Position numbers and translations under genes: made by a program. From Trichoplax adhaerens (taxonomy: Eukaryota; Animalia; Placozoa), in NCBI RefSeq assembly GCF_000150275.1, contig NW_002060958.1, forward strand, positions 814,272-878,271: a stretch of DNA of 64,000 bases, written 5' to 3'. Below, piece after piece: positions 1-14,200 of this stretch (positions are counted from its first letter, which is position 1; every line of letters starts with the position of its first letter). The notes below the pieces were generated by a model that saw only the letters and a program-made list of their open reading frames with translations, searched no databases and had not been told where the DNA came from.

Positions 1-1655
1 TTTCATCACTGAATGAAATAATTTTCGTCAAACCTGATGATTTTTAATTGATAAAAAATTTCCATGACCACCCACGCATGGTTTATTTGCTTAATAATTT
101 TTACTTCAGCGATATATTGATGGCGAATGTGTCTCTAGATGGAATAACCGAAAATATTTCGTCATTATTGCAAATCTAAAACTAGTCATTAAGCTAAAGA
201 AGCATCTCTAAGTATTCATAACCTACTTATTTATATTCCCGGGCTAAATTTAGCTCATTGATTTCTAAAAATATACTTTCGATTTAAAATAAGAATTAGA
301 GAGTCATTTTATCTATGAAAATATCTTATTAGTAATTAATGTGTGTTTAACTGAAGACTAGAACTTTCAAAATAATATTAATTTTTAGTTATTTTTATAT
401 TTCTAATTATAATTTCTTAGTTTATCAATGCATGCCAACTTAATACGTGGTATTTATATCACCGTAACAAAATCTATTCTTCTAACTCTACTTAACGTGT
501 AGACTGTAGATCTCCATTATAAATTCATATTTGTAATAAAAAACGTTAAGCTATTTGTTATAATTTTTTTTTGTTTAAATGCACCTCGCAGGTATGTGCT
601 TAGAAATGGTATGTTTAATGGAGCTAATAGTATTTGATTTCAAGTAAGCGACTGTTCATTACCAGGCTGTATCTATACCCGTAAATTTCTTTCATAGAGT
701 TGCAATACTATTACAGAAAACTAAGACTACGAGCCTACTATCAAGCTTGTCCTATTCATATTAACCTACAGTACGATTCTAATTTCTAACGATCTCCTAC
801 TGCTAGGAACAGTAAGTACACTAGTCTCTCTTGAAAAAATCTGAACCTTAAATTTATTGAAAAATCAATTAATTTACAGTGAATATCAACATTAATTATT
901 AGTCGATAAATAATATTTTACAACTATGAAGCTATCTATTTTTTCCGGAACTCTGCTCGTCATTTTATTTTTAGAATTAAGTAGCAATTAGAGAATAAGT
1001 GATCAAAAATGAAAATCATTAATGATCGTTATGTGTCTGACTTTTAGTATGCAACTACCACTAATTGTTAGATAGTTATTATTATTTATATATGACTTTG
1101 TTAATATTGATTAATATCGGTGCATCTACGTAATATTAGAATATTTATATAAGAAATATTTATTAATTTTTATTCTCAGTTCACTGAAACTAGCATAGAG
1201 ACCACTGGTACTAACGTACATCATTTATAGTCAATAAAAAAGTCTATAATCTATGTTCTGCTTTAGCTCATATTATTAGTCTGGGAAAAGTTAGTTTCCC
1301 TTACTGAGGATCCCCGAAGTAAGATGGTGATCACTTAGAACAGGAAGAGTAGCTAAACCCCAATTACGAAAGCTATTTGTGATACTATTAAAAATATGTA
1401 TAACATCATAGATATATTAATATCAACATATTCCTAAATAAGTTGTCTTATGGAAACTATGTTACCATTCCTTTGAAAAAGTTACTTGGAAACAATCACA
1501 CAAAGAACTATGTAACAACAGATTTTATTATTTATTCTCTAACGATTACTACATTATATAATAGTACAAGAAGATCTACCAGGCAAAGAAAAATTTCTTA
1601 GATCAGAAAATCTAAAAAAGAAAGGCTAACAGCAATAATATCAGAATATTTCGGA

Positions 1656-1741
1656 CAATTATTACTGATTATATTATTATTATACTGATTATATTATTAT
1701 AATTATTACTGATTATATTATTAATTATTACTGATTATATT
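1656..1741. repeat. AT-rich minisatellite (~21-24 bp, 4 copies)
   Basis: 'tactgattatatt' occurs four times. Confidence 0.9.
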
Positions 1742-1857
1742 TCTGACAATTCTCATACAATACGTCAAATTAACTAAATGGTAGCACGTCTACAAACGCA
1801 AATCGATATGACACCATTCTCTAAATACCAAAAGAGAAAAAAATAAACACGAATGAC

Positions 1858-2737
1858 TGTCACGGCACGAACCACAGTGAAGAGTAAATTGCTAGATTTA
1901 GTGTTTAACATTTATATATGGAGATAACTAATAATGACTTACAGTAAGAACTGCGGTAGTTATTATTTTGTTACAGTAAATTATGCTGTATTGTAGCAAG
2001 AGTTCTCATAAGGAAACTAATATTAATTGATGATAGTGTTATATCTTGTAACGCTTGTGATGAATATCCTGAAGATATTCAATTATAGACGATACCATAA
2101 ATAATTCTGTGTGTGGACATACTGTAGTCTAATTATCTAGAATCGTTCAGTAAAAGTCTAAAAATTTTGAATAATTTCTGTATTAATTAGTAGCTTAGCT
2201 ATCCAATATGAGCTAAATTTCGTGAACTGCTATGACTCATAGATTATAGCTGCTGCCTAAGGGTATTTAAGCTCGGTAGATAGTTGAATAAAAGAAGAGT
2301 TTTTGTTACGATACTAGTCGTCGTATTTACGTGTGGCGACTGTATGTAAGCCCGAGCAGAAAATATATCGCTCAGTTGATACTTCTCTAGTGTACGACAA
2401 GGCAATATACTTTCGTGGTATGAATAGAAGTAAAAAACTCATAAAGCTAATCTTACAACAAGCCGCTTATTATATTTGTGAGGAAGTTGTTAGTCTTACA
2501 GCATCTCTCCATAGTTAGTTGGAGTGACTAAGTAGCTAGTAAGTTAGTTGGTCACTCACATTAGAAGAGAGTAGACAGTGGGATTACTCCTGTCAGTGAC
2601 AGTTTTATAGTTTTATTAACGTAGAAGTGAAGGCGTCTAAATTCTAACGAGGTAGTTAAGGGATACTGAATCCAGGAGACTATAGTAATTTAGGGATTTG
2701 TTTTACGTTATCTTTGTCACGAAGCTGGTTTGTGGCA
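1858..2737 (+). mobile_element. Solo LTR (family B-related), ~577 bp host interrupted by a nested element
   Basis: TGTCAC...GTGGCA termini; perfect TSD ATGAC; TATTTAA then AATAAA (~2264-2292); 5' and 3' ends homologous to the 19068 and 37220 copies. Confidence 0.85.
2304..2601 (+). mobile_element. Solo-LTR-like element (298 bp) nested in 1858-2737
   Basis: TGTTAC...GTGACA termini; perfect TSD GTTTT; host homology to family B resumes after 2606. Confidence 0.75.
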
Positions 2738-2995
2738 ATGACATATTCATAAAATACTTAAACCGAAAATTATTACTTAACAGATATTGGTCACGCCTGC
2801 TATGACTGTGCACGATAACGGAAGGAGAAATATCTTCATTTCGAATAGACTGGGAAGCAAGGCCAGAATTACTACTATATCAGAGGGCACGATCGATCTT
2901 AATCAAATGCTTGCAACTGAAACGAACAAAGCAAAGTCTTGTAGTCCACACTGTATTTAATAGTGCGTAATCCGTAAGGCAAAGCCATTAACATT

Positions 2996-3416
2996 TGTCG
3001 CGACTGCTAGACTAGCATCGCTAGATAATATTGTTCTTAAGGATTAATATCCTTAACTATGCATAGTTGCTACCGTTATCTTGTATTGCTGTACCGGTAA
3101 ATGATAAATTAATGTTGTACGGTACAAGCATGTTTATTAGTCAATTGTGTTATACTGAAAAATGATATCTCAAGAATGTTATCGCAATGTTAGAGAAGTT
3201 ATGCATATTCATGCCAATGTTAGAGTATATAAATGAGGCGCTTTTACTATCTTGGGAAGTCGGTTAGAGTGTGAGTTAGTAAGTTGGTTAGTTGTAGTTA
3301 ATAATGGTCGATTTCAACCATCGATAGAAAAGAAAGGAAATTTATTTGTTGTTGTTGGCTCGGCAGAAATCCCGCACACTTCCGTAAATTCGTAAAGATC
3401 AAACTGAGTCACAACA
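2996..3416 (+). mobile_element. Degenerate solo LTR (421 bp)
   Basis: TGTCGC...ACAACA termini; TSD ACATT on both sides; GTATATAAAT at ~3225. Confidence 0.55.
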
Positions 3417-4840
3417 ACATTTATAATAAATTTTAATTAGGAATATCGGTATTAAATTTTAATCCTAATAAATGTTCATTATTGGGAAGAGATATATTTA
3501 GTATACAAGCGCAAATATTGATTGTTACCAAAATTTTTTCTCTATAGTAATACACGAATGCGAAAAATGCTTTCACGAGTACAAAGTTCAAGTTCAGGTT
3601 CATTATTTAAAGCAAATTAAAAAATAGTTGTAGTGATATTAAGTTGAGATATGCCTTCAATGTTAAAACTGAATATAGATATCCGCCACAATTGCCACGC
3701 TGTACGAATGTTAATATGTTTTTTAAAAAGTAGTCCAGCTCATAAATTTTGCTAAACTTTGACAATATGAGGCTAGGAAAGTACCGTACTCACTAACAAG
3801 GTCAAAATTAATCTATAATAAATAGAATATATGTTCGAATTTATAGGTCAAGAACCGAAATTCATTTGTATTAATAATTCAGTTGATGGCTATTAGAAGA
3901 TAATGAGTAATCTTTATACATTCCTTAATGGGTTTTAATAATAGAAACGGTATGCCACAATTAACATAGACACTAATACCCGTTAACAGATAATCTAATC
4001 AACCGTAAATAATTACGAGAGAAACAGTATTATAAGTATTGCATAAATAATTTTTGTATCAATTTAAGAATATATCTGCATTTTAATGCCTATCAGATAA
4101 ATACTCCATTAGCAGAGTTCATTTAGTAACCATGGTATATCATGGATGAATCATTTCTTTAGAATAAATGCCAAATAATCTAGAAGTGATACACTGCGCT
4201 TACCATTATCATAATCAAATTATCCTTAAAATCTATAAATATTATATTGGATGAATTTACGTCATCAAAAGGTACCACTAATATAGCACCGGATGTTACA
4301 CCCTTGATATTCAAAGCTGCCAACTGCTTGACTTTAATCCGATTGTAAATTATTATGTTGGCTTAATAGCAATATTAATCGCAAAAAAACTCGCAATTCC
4401 GAAGTAAAATACAGATGGAGATCATAAATTCTAGCATTTAGATTATCGATAGAAGAATAATGACAGTAATAATTATTACCAGCAATCACTTTCATCCTTA
4501 AGTTTAAAAATTCAAAGCCAAGCTTATAAAACAGAAATAATACAGAATTCGGTAACATTTCAGCAAATAGTAATCTTTGAATTTACTGAAACGTACAGTA
4601 ATTCTCTATCATACCCGTTCCTATCTCAAGTTTCAAACTCTTTGAAAAAGATTATTTTTAATGTATAACAAATGCAAAAAACTACTAACAAGTATTCAAT
4701 GCGGATCGAACACTTTGCTATCCCAAACAGTCATTCACTGTAGCGATTTATATTATTGGCACTTTCCGTGAGGCAGGATAACCCTAGAGCGATAGTAAAG
4801 CTAATTCTTCATTCTATAAGAAAGTAACAACATACTTTAT

Positions 4841-4962
4841 AAAATGTCTTGCCGTATTGTCATTTTGCAAAGTGCCCGGGCAGTTTGCAAAATGTCCGTC
4901 CGTATTGTCATTTTGCAAAGTGCCCGGGCAGTTTGCAAAATGACCGACTTCGCATACGGTCA
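4841..4962. repeat. 48-bp tandem duplication of a palindrome, followed by a short hairpin
   Basis: ccgtattgtcattttgcaaagtgcccgggcagtttgcaaaatg at 4852 and 4900; tgaccg-N10-cggtca at 4941-4962. Confidence 0.9.
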
Positions 4963-7900
4963 CGTTCATATATATAGTTAATAAAATTGAAACTGTTCTA
5001 TTAAGAGAAACTATTCCGTATCGTTGGAATTTCAAATCAAACTTTAGATAATTTTATCACTTAAATCTAAACTCATGCTATTAAAAAACTGTAGAAACAA
5101 TCTTTATTCGACAACTATAGCTAGGGTAACACTACAATGCCTTAGTTAACGAAATAATCGAACACTTAAGAGCTGCCACCGAGGAATCAATTATTATAAT
5201 TTTCAGAAATTCAAGGAATACAGAATTTAAAGAAAAATTGAATAAGAATTACGATATGATATGAATATCCACTGTAATTGAATTTTGATGTATTTAGTAA
5301 TAGCTTATCAGCCATATGCGTGTAAATTTATGACGAATATTTGCATATCTGTGGTTTATAGATAAAAACTACAGCACGTATATTTATTCTTGTTAAGATG
5401 AAGAGATCATGCATACTAATTGAATTTAAAAGCACTCAGTCATATTACACAACTAACTTGCAAGAAATTTTTGCTAAAGCCTACAAGCTGGACTCTTATC
5501 TTAAATTACATTAGCAAGTATATCTTCCTCGCTGGCAGAGTAGTACTGACGTTATTCAGCTCATTTCTAGAGTATCTTAGAGTAGTAACTTAGCATTTTA
5601 TTTCTTAATAGAGTACGTGGAATAAAACAAACGGACACTAGATGAAAAATTCGAAAAAAGTTTCGATACACTACGGAGGGCGTAGAGCTCCATGTAAATA
5701 AATTACTAAATATAAGTAGATAGCATTTTAAGATAAAATTCAATTTTTATTAAGCGGATCTAAATCCAAAGGTTTATATCTGCAGTCAGTAGTATTATGA
5801 ACTTTTAGCGGGGACAAATCTTTACACTATTGTTTGATCCTTAACTTAATATATTTAGGCTCCATATTATAAAGCCCCATGGGTACATAACCGTATATAT
5901 CTGCATTATAATACAGGTTACATACGGAATGAGTTTCGATATTAAAAAGTACCGCAAAAATCTATAAAGTTGAAAAATATACCAATACTATAGAAAATTT
6001 TTACCCACTAATGTCCAAATAATCACTACAACGGGTATCTAAGGATGCGCCGAGTCTAATAGAACTCTCAGACTCTATATATTTAAACGGAAGTCGACTT
6101 GGTAAATAGCACTATTTTTCGTTGATTTAGCTGGATCTTTTACGGTGATAAGTTTTTGAGCAATATTGACGACGTCGAGAATTGCATGAGTGTAGAGTTT
6201 GAGAAGTATCTCTTTGCTGAGGAATGTTCTAAGCACGTACTAAAAATATCCACTTCTATTATATTATATATTATCTCAGCCTATAATAGAGAAGTAAGCT
6301 GTATTATAAATTTAACATCATGTCATAAGGTATATTCGGTAACGGTACGTTGCTTATTATTGGCGCTCTTACAAATCTGGAAACTGTTGCAAAAATATTT
6401 ACTAGTATGTAGATACTAAATTGAATAAACTTGTTGGAGATGAACAGACCGATAAAATTCTTAACAAAATTATTCGATAACTTCGAGCAATACAAATCAA
6501 TATAAAACAATACATCTATGAGCAAGTTTCTTTCCGCTATGACAGTAATTTTAATAAATATCTTCCTACTCTGCTTCAGCAAAGGAATTACTTATACATA
6601 AGAAAAGCTAGCCGGTTAAAAGAAGAATCACTACGTATAAAGCCTAGATACAAGCCATATTAAAAATGTGAGCTGCAATAAAGCGAATTAATACGCAAAC
6701 ATACTGTTGATGCAAAGTAAATAGATTACTAAATGAAGGTTAGAATTATAAAACTACAACTTTGCGCTTAAAGGTAAGCAAACTACTTAGATACGAAATT
6801 TATACGAAAGCTTAACAGTCAAGCGGTGCTCTTATTATTTGCTTTAAATTACCCATAGCTTTGTATGCTTTAAGGTGCTTTAAATTGTAACCTAAAGCTA
6901 CACTTTTGTAGATTTCAAAGTGTACGAATATCAATTCACGTTAGTCAGTATTAAAACCCGTATCTACACTCTCGTTTCTGTTCGTAAGCAAAACTACCAA
7001 GTATATCAGGCTAGCTACCTTCACATTGAAAGGAATTCTAGTTAAGAATCGAGAAAAGACTAATAATTGTGCATGATTATGTTCGAAGTAGTTAATAAGT
7101 TACTTTGGTGAACCTATAAAGGCTAATTTAGCGTTGGTTAAAAGGTATCTCTGTTGGTTCCCACGACACTAATTAAAGACTAATACTTTAAGTGATCAAT
7201 AAATTTAGACCATTTTCGTAAAAGAAAAGAAACTACATAATTTGCATAGAAATTAATCTTAGGCATAAAAACATATTAGTACTATGAGAGCCAGTAATCT
7301 GGCTTAGCCTATTCATAAATAATGAAGTGTATACAGTACAGTATATGGCTAACAAATAAAAAAAAAATAATTGGGTATATCATAATTTTTCGTAGTAGCA
7401 TTAGCAGTTAGGAATACAATCAAAGACAAACTCGAAAATATTCACTATTGTCTATCAAATGATTATATTAAATTCTGTTAGAGACAGAATTCTAAGTTGA
7501 TGATGCTATACTGATATAGATTACCTATAAGAAGCACATAGAACTAGATATAAGAAAATTTATCGTATATTCACTTCTAACATAACATTAATTTAAGGAC
7601 AACTAGAATAAAATGTAGGCTGCAGTTATTTTCACTCGCTTTACTAATGACCTATGAACTTCATCTAACGATTTGGCATGAGCTTAGATATATTTAATAA
7701 CATTATAAATTAAATTTTGTTGAAAGAAATTCATAACCAGTTTAACAGATTACTTAATTACACATAGGCCATAAATAATTAGCTTATTCCAGGAAATTTA
7801 CAATTTACTAAAGCTCATTTTGTTATACAAGTTAAGTTAATAAGACGGCAATGTTACCTCATTTGCAAGATGAGCAGTAGATCAGTAATTTTAACGATCA

Positions 7901-8610
7901 ATTAGTATTAATCATCTACTACTATTTTAGATTAGACTAAGCAAATAGACAACTGCAGTTTCTGCTTCGATTCATTGTATCATAAAACTAGATTTACGAA
8001 AAAAATTAAGCTAAAAACGAATGCTTTGAAGCGAATTAAATGTGATTATTTATAGCCAATGTCAAGATTCTTTCAATATTAATTTATCTATTATCCGTGA
8101 AAGTAATAGAAAACTTGAGCATAGGTGTGGAGTCAATTAAGAAACTAGTTAATGATTTATATACAAAACCAACGGAATGCAATGATAAACTAGCAGTAAT
8201 TATTAACGAAGCCTAGCAATTTCTATGAAATATGCTATTGTTCTTATTTATAAATAAAAAATTATAATGTAATGTTTAATTAAAATAATTCCTTATTTAC
8301 AAAGATATCATCATAAAAAAATACATTAAGAATGATTACATTCCAAATTTTATCGCCAGATGGAAAACTAATAAGAATCAATCAGACGTATGATGATTAC
8401 TTGTCCTGCTTTCTAGGTTCCACTTCGTTTATACTATTTATCGTTGTGCAAGAAGAACACAGGAAATAGAGCACATTTAAAAAAATTGCTCTATATTCAC
8501 GACCGGTAAAAATACAAGGGAGAATTAACGAAAGCGCCATTTTGGGACGTTTTAGCAAGTAAAATTTCTGTTAAAACACAAGAAAATTTATTTAACTTTC
8601 ATTGCAAGAA

Positions 8611-9615
8611 ATGAATTATTCTGGAAACTCAAGCGCTAGAGATAATTCTTCAATGGTGCCATTCGATCGTAACTTACTGTCTGCCACAATAAGTGCTCCA
8701 ACTCTACTGACAAATGTACCATTGATTATATTAATTTTATCCAAATCGAAATTGAGAACTTATTCAAATGTACTTATTGCAAGCAGTTGTCTAGCAAGCG
8801 CATTCTATAGTTTAATGCTAATTTTACGTTATATCCTTTCTTGTACAGTATCAGGCGAATTTCTTCCTTTGTTGCTTGAATACTGCATTTTTGGTCCTAT
8901 ATTTGAAATCACATGTGCTAGTATCTTCAACTTTCACATAACTATAATAAGTTTAGAAAAACTTTATTCTGTTGTTTATCCATTTCGATATCAACGCATT
9001 TCCAATTCAAAGACTATAACATTGATAATAATTTTAGCATGGCTATTACCATTTGCAATTGTCTATATACCGACATTCATGGCCTCTTATAACTCAACAA
9101 TGTTATGCAGAAGCTTATATAGATCAAAAACATTGGTTATACTACTCAATTACATAATTTTACCAGCAGTTTTATTTATACCTCCACTGATTATGCTAGT
9201 AACTTACACAGTCCTAATTATTAAAATTTATTCTATTCAAAGCAAAATATGGACTGAAATTATCAATATAAGCGGTAATCTACAAACACAAACAGAATCA
9301 AAAATTATTCAGAGATTAATGTGGCATCGAAAGCCGATTACTCAAATGTTTATAGTGTTAGGAATCTATTCCATCTCGTTTTTCCCTTTCTTCTTCTTCT
9401 ATGTTAATTTAACATCAAGTCGAAGTCAATCTTGGGTACTTCCGACGTATATAACGTATCTATTCGCGATAGCCTATTTCATATCACATCCAGTATTAAC
9501 AATAATGTTCAATAATTCATTAAAGGTAGAAAGCCAGAAAATTTTAAAGCTTTGCCATTACCGCATAACAAAAGTAGAACAAATGTCAACGAGGCTGTCG
9601 GTCAATGGAGTTTGA
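8611..9615 (+). CDS. Orphan rhodopsin-like (class A) 7TM GPCR, single coding exon, 334 aa
   Basis: Seven hydrophobic segments; N-terminal N-glycosylation sequons (NYS, NSS); TM3 Cys and 'SLEKLYSVVYPFRY' (DRY region); TM4 Trp; TM5 Pro; 'SHP' in TM7. The ORF track starts at TTG 8602; the first ATG is at 8611. An acceptor-like 'ctgctttctag|' ending at 8416 suggests a 5'UTR intron. Confidence 0.93.
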   Translation: MNYSGNSSARDNSSMVPFDRNLLSATISAPTLLTNVPLIILILSKSKLRTYSNVLIASSCLASAFYSLMLILRYILSCTVSGEFLPLLLEYCIFGPIFEITCASIFNFHITIISLEKLYSVVYPFRYQRISNSKTITLIIILAWLLPFAIVYIPTFMASYNSTMLCRSLYRSKTLVILLNYIILPAVLFIPPLIMLVTYTVLIIKIYSIQSKIWTEIINISGNLQTQTESKIIQRLMWHRKPITQMFIVLGIYSISFFPFFFFYVNLTSSRSQSWVLPTYITYLFAIAYFISHPVLTIMFNNSLKVESQKILKLCHYRITKVEQMSTRLSVNGV

Positions 9616-10160
9616 TAAAATAAGATCTAGGGAATTTAACTCATAATTCAATTTCGGTAGATATCACGCACTCTATAGATTGTACGCATTCACTAAAATT
9701 TAAAAATAAACTGTTTTATAGCTGCCTTATCCAAAATTAGAAACAAAACATAAGGATAAAAATAAGACCTTTCATTAAAGCTTATTTTATTTACTTGTTC
9801 GTAGTAATTAATTCAGAAATTGATTAGTAGTCAGGAGATATTAAGAAGAATCATCTCTAATCTGTCTGGGGACTTTGATAAATACATTATTGCAATTCAA
9901 TTTGATATATTTTTCATTTCTGAATATATTTAATTATCTAAAACTTGCAGATAGATACTCAATTTAATATGTATCTATGCACTAAACTTTTATCCATTAG
10001 AAATGTACCGTAGGCTATTATTATATTAAGCTGTTAATGTAAGACTGTCTCTACGACTTATTGATGTTGCATTTGATAATATTTTCATACACTGTATACT
10101 TCCGTTTGTATAACCATATATTTATATAGGCTGTTACATTGCAAATAAGTAAGGTTAGTT

Positions 10161-11203
10161 TGTTACGCAATATTTATTGTCATCGAGCTTAAGATCATTA
10201 TTCAGTATAAATACATTGCATAATCGTTGTTTAGCTGGCAGCTTGTCGTTAGGGTCATACATTGTATAACTAATTCATTTTTCAGCAAGGACAAATGAAT
10301 TAGTTAGATAACGAATTAATAAGGGAGTGTTACGGTGTTGCCTTGTCATTAGGATAGTTTAATAAGTACAGTAGCAGCTAGTATGGAGAATATCCATTTT
10401 TGTAGTGCTAGGTAAGATAATTAATGCCTTGACGTGGATGTTGTTTGTTATAGCTCATTACATATTTGATATTTATTGTTATTGTGTGATAGATAGCAGT
10501 AAGATGATTCAAGTTCTAGTTGATGATAGTTGAATCAGACAACCTACGAGCTTAGATTAAGATTAAGTATGAGTAAGATATTCAAAATATTTACTGATAT
10601 AAAGCTATGTAAGGAACATCTCAGTTCGAGATGTTTCTCCTAGTGAGGTATAACAATAATACTGTTGTTGTTTACAACTTAGATGGTTCCTATATAAACG
10701 GGAACATTTAAGTTCAGTAGTGGTAAAAATTTGTAGGTGTATCTTTGCGAATAAAAGTTTCATCTTTACAGTCTTTTACTGTGTGTTTAACGTTAAGTAA
10801 AAGGGCGTTTAAGTCAGTTGCTTCTTATAGACTTTTACTGTACGTTACCTTGTCGCAGAAGTGAAATTGTGATAGGGAGCATAAAGGTTAGATCGTTTTC
10901 TAATCAAGACTGTCTCGTGAACAATGTATATACTCTAACCTATTTTAAAGTAGAGCATAAAGTTTTACAAATTTGCATCCAAGAATGTAGCTGTATACGA
11001 ATATGTACAGAAGGCATAAAAGCTAATTAGTGTTTACTGTAAAGAGAGTTCATTAGCTTATCCTTTGTGCGTAAGGAAGGGTCTACGTCGTTTCTGACGC
11101 GAAATTTTGGGAAGAAGTTTATAGTTTTCACGGAGAACTGATCTTGAAAATTGGTTCGAGATAGAAAAAGACCCAGTAATATCTTCGGTATATCTTTGCG
11201 ACA
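10161..11203 (+). mobile_element. Possible older solo LTR hosting 10328-10874
   Basis: TGTTAC...GCGACA termini and ~490 bp once the insert is removed; flanks (tagtt / agtat) do not form a clean TSD. Confidence 0.35.
10328..10874 (+). mobile_element. Solo LTR (547 bp)
   Basis: TGTTAC...GTGATA termini; perfect TSD GGGAG; TATATAAA ~10692; AATAAA ~10750; shares the 'tttaacgt...ggcgtttaag' motif with families A and B. Confidence 0.82.
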
Positions 11204-14200
11204 AGTATGTATATATATGTTATGTTATGTTATATATATATATATTGGTCGCAGTATTATTGAAGTTGTAGGGACAGAAGTAGACTTAATTATTAGGATG
11301 TTTTGACGTATTTAAGAAGATAAATTTTAGCTTACAGTAACATTAAAAGATGTGTTACAAAACACTTTAGATAAGGCTTGTTTTACTTATTAAAATCCTA
11401 GTACTTGTATGGCCAGCTTGAAGATAATGAAATACAAAATGCTTTTTTAACCTTTAAGTACAGCAAAAATGCTATTTTTATCTTCGTAAAATTTCTAGCC
11501 TGTAATAATTGTAAATAAGTACGGTATTAAAGAATCATGATCAGCCTACATCTTGGCAATCTTTAAATCAGATGCTCGTTCTCGGAGTAGATATATATTC
11601 TAGCAAATAAATTTAATGTATCTAATCATTGGATTGTAGATTATTAGCCATATCTAGCTTGTTGTTCTTACAGGCTGCAAATAATATCGTATGAAGATCC
11701 TGTACTTAGATATCGAGGGCTAAAAATAGAATGTTGCTGAATTATTATTAATGGTTAATGTAGAGAGAATATATATCCCTAGTCATAGTAGCTTGTCGTA
11801 CTGAAGTAGTAAATTATAATATTTACGGAGCACGATAGCTATGAATTTATTTTGTTGCAACTTGTCCGCTAAAATATATTTTACTAATTACAATTCAGTA
11901 CTGCTTGATAAACGAAGACAGTACAGCATGTTGCTCATTTGAAAATAGCCATAGAGTCTGCAAAGAATGCATATAATCGAGCAACTTCGAATGATTTAGC
12001 AATTCTTTCTAGTGTCATTCTAGTCCTATTAGGCCAGATTCTATGTAGATCTACCTAGCAATATCTTTGTATAAACATTTAATAAATTTCTGATTTTCTA
12101 TCAACATTGGAAATTTGCGATATATTTCACTCCAGTCAATTTGTAGTCACTCTAAACTAATAACTTGGCTTCGCCTAACGTAAATTAGCAAAAAGAAATA
12201 GACTTTAATCTTTTATAGTTTAAACATTGAACATTCTCAAAACATATTATTCCAGCTTGTTGAATAGCTTCTAACTGTGAATATTGTCTTAGAGCACGCT
12301 CTTGGATTAATTTAAAAGCAGCCAGTATTTATAATGGTAGTATTTATCACCGATAACGGTCATAAACTATTCAAAGTCATTTAGAATAATAAATGAGCAG
12401 TCACAGTTCGTCTATTAATTTATTTGATGCAGAGACAACAAGCAAACTAAAAATACCTAACCGCTTTCATTGCTTAATAGTATTTCATCATGCTTATCCA
12501 GCATGAATCTGTAGGATAGCTTATAGCCTGTATTTCTTGAACTTTAGTAAAGTTGATATTTACAGTCTGCTTATGTCTATATTCGAATCTAGTTCCAACA
12601 TTTCTATTACATTAAAATAAGTATTTCTATATATAAACCCAATCAGATCTGTAGTAAAATATTGGATCACTGCAATAAATCTTATAATAGTTGCACATAC
12701 GCTGATATATCCCTAACAATTTAATATGCTAAACGAACATTTTTTCTAAGCAAGTAGTGACATCTCAAATAATATATCGCGAAAGTAATCTTCGAGACGT
12801 ATACTTTATTTCTGTTACCTTCTATATATGTTTATATGTCAGAAATGTTTTACGGTCTCCTTAATTGTAATTTTAGTGGTTAACAGTTGATATCCTTAAT
12901 TTAGGATTACATAGACTAAAATAGTTATTGCCAACCAGCTAAACTCGATTATATCACCTCCAAGTTGTTGAGGTTCAAAGTACAATTCCTAAGTTTAGAG
13001 GAAATACCTTAGTAGGATAGCTTTGTATGTATCTGTTAAACTATCAATAAGTACTGATTATTTTAATACCGTTACAGTAAATTTAATAGGGCTAGACTGT
13101 ACAAATACAACCTGGATTATACATTTTAAGTATAATAAAAAATGTAATAAATAAATTTATTCCTGACGTCATATTTACTAGTCATGATGAATAGCTTAGC
13201 AATATTACTGCATTTTAAAGAGATTTCTCAAAGCCTACTCAGAAATTTTTACTAGGTTTTTAAAGTGAATAAACATTCCTGCCACTGTATTTAATTACTG
13301 AAGGCCATAGATTTAATTTAGTTGTCACCAATAACAGGAATATTTATGACTAATAACAGATACTAAGGTCTATACATATATCATATACCAGTTACAATAG
13401 TCATGTAATAAGACGAGTCTGCACCAAATTCTTATGATGTTATTTTTTCTCGTCTACAGGCCAGTAACATTTTAAATAAATTGGTGACTAATAGAATGTA
13501 TTATTAATGCACGTGTAACAGATTAACTAGGATTTGAAAAAAAATATTTACCGGAAGGGTAATTTTAAGAGCTATTGTTTTAACTTTATCTTATTTATAT
13601 CATCATCTATTATCTCTGCTATCCTTGTACATCCAATGTCCAACGTGATCCATAAGAGTCTTCGTTTAATGTATAATAGTACGTATAAATTAATTTGATG
13701 GTAAAATATTTTATTCATGAAATTATAGAGCAAAATAATTGTTCCCACCAATGCAAAGACCTTAAAAGGTTTTCAAAAGTGAAAAATTTTGCTTAAATAG
13801 TTGATACTAGTCATTATGGCTTCATAAGCGTTTACGATGGAGCTACTTCTCAAGGATATGAATTAATGATTCTACGTAAATATCACACTGAATAATTATT
13901 ACTCATATCAAATTACTCATTCACTACCAGTTATTTAGAAATTCAATAAATAAAGTAAATTGAATTAATCTTAAAACAAATTATGGAAAATTGTGTACCT
14001 AGCGTCTATCACCACGAGGCATAAGTAAATTATACATGAGAATTTCCTTTTCAATCAAAATAATATATCCGATACATTCACAATAAGACGGCCTAGTCGA
14101 TTTTCATGAATTATAAATAATCAATTATAAAACAAGCAGCAAAACGAATTTTAGTGAATTTTATGCGAGAATATAGTATCTTATGATTTCAAAAGAACCT

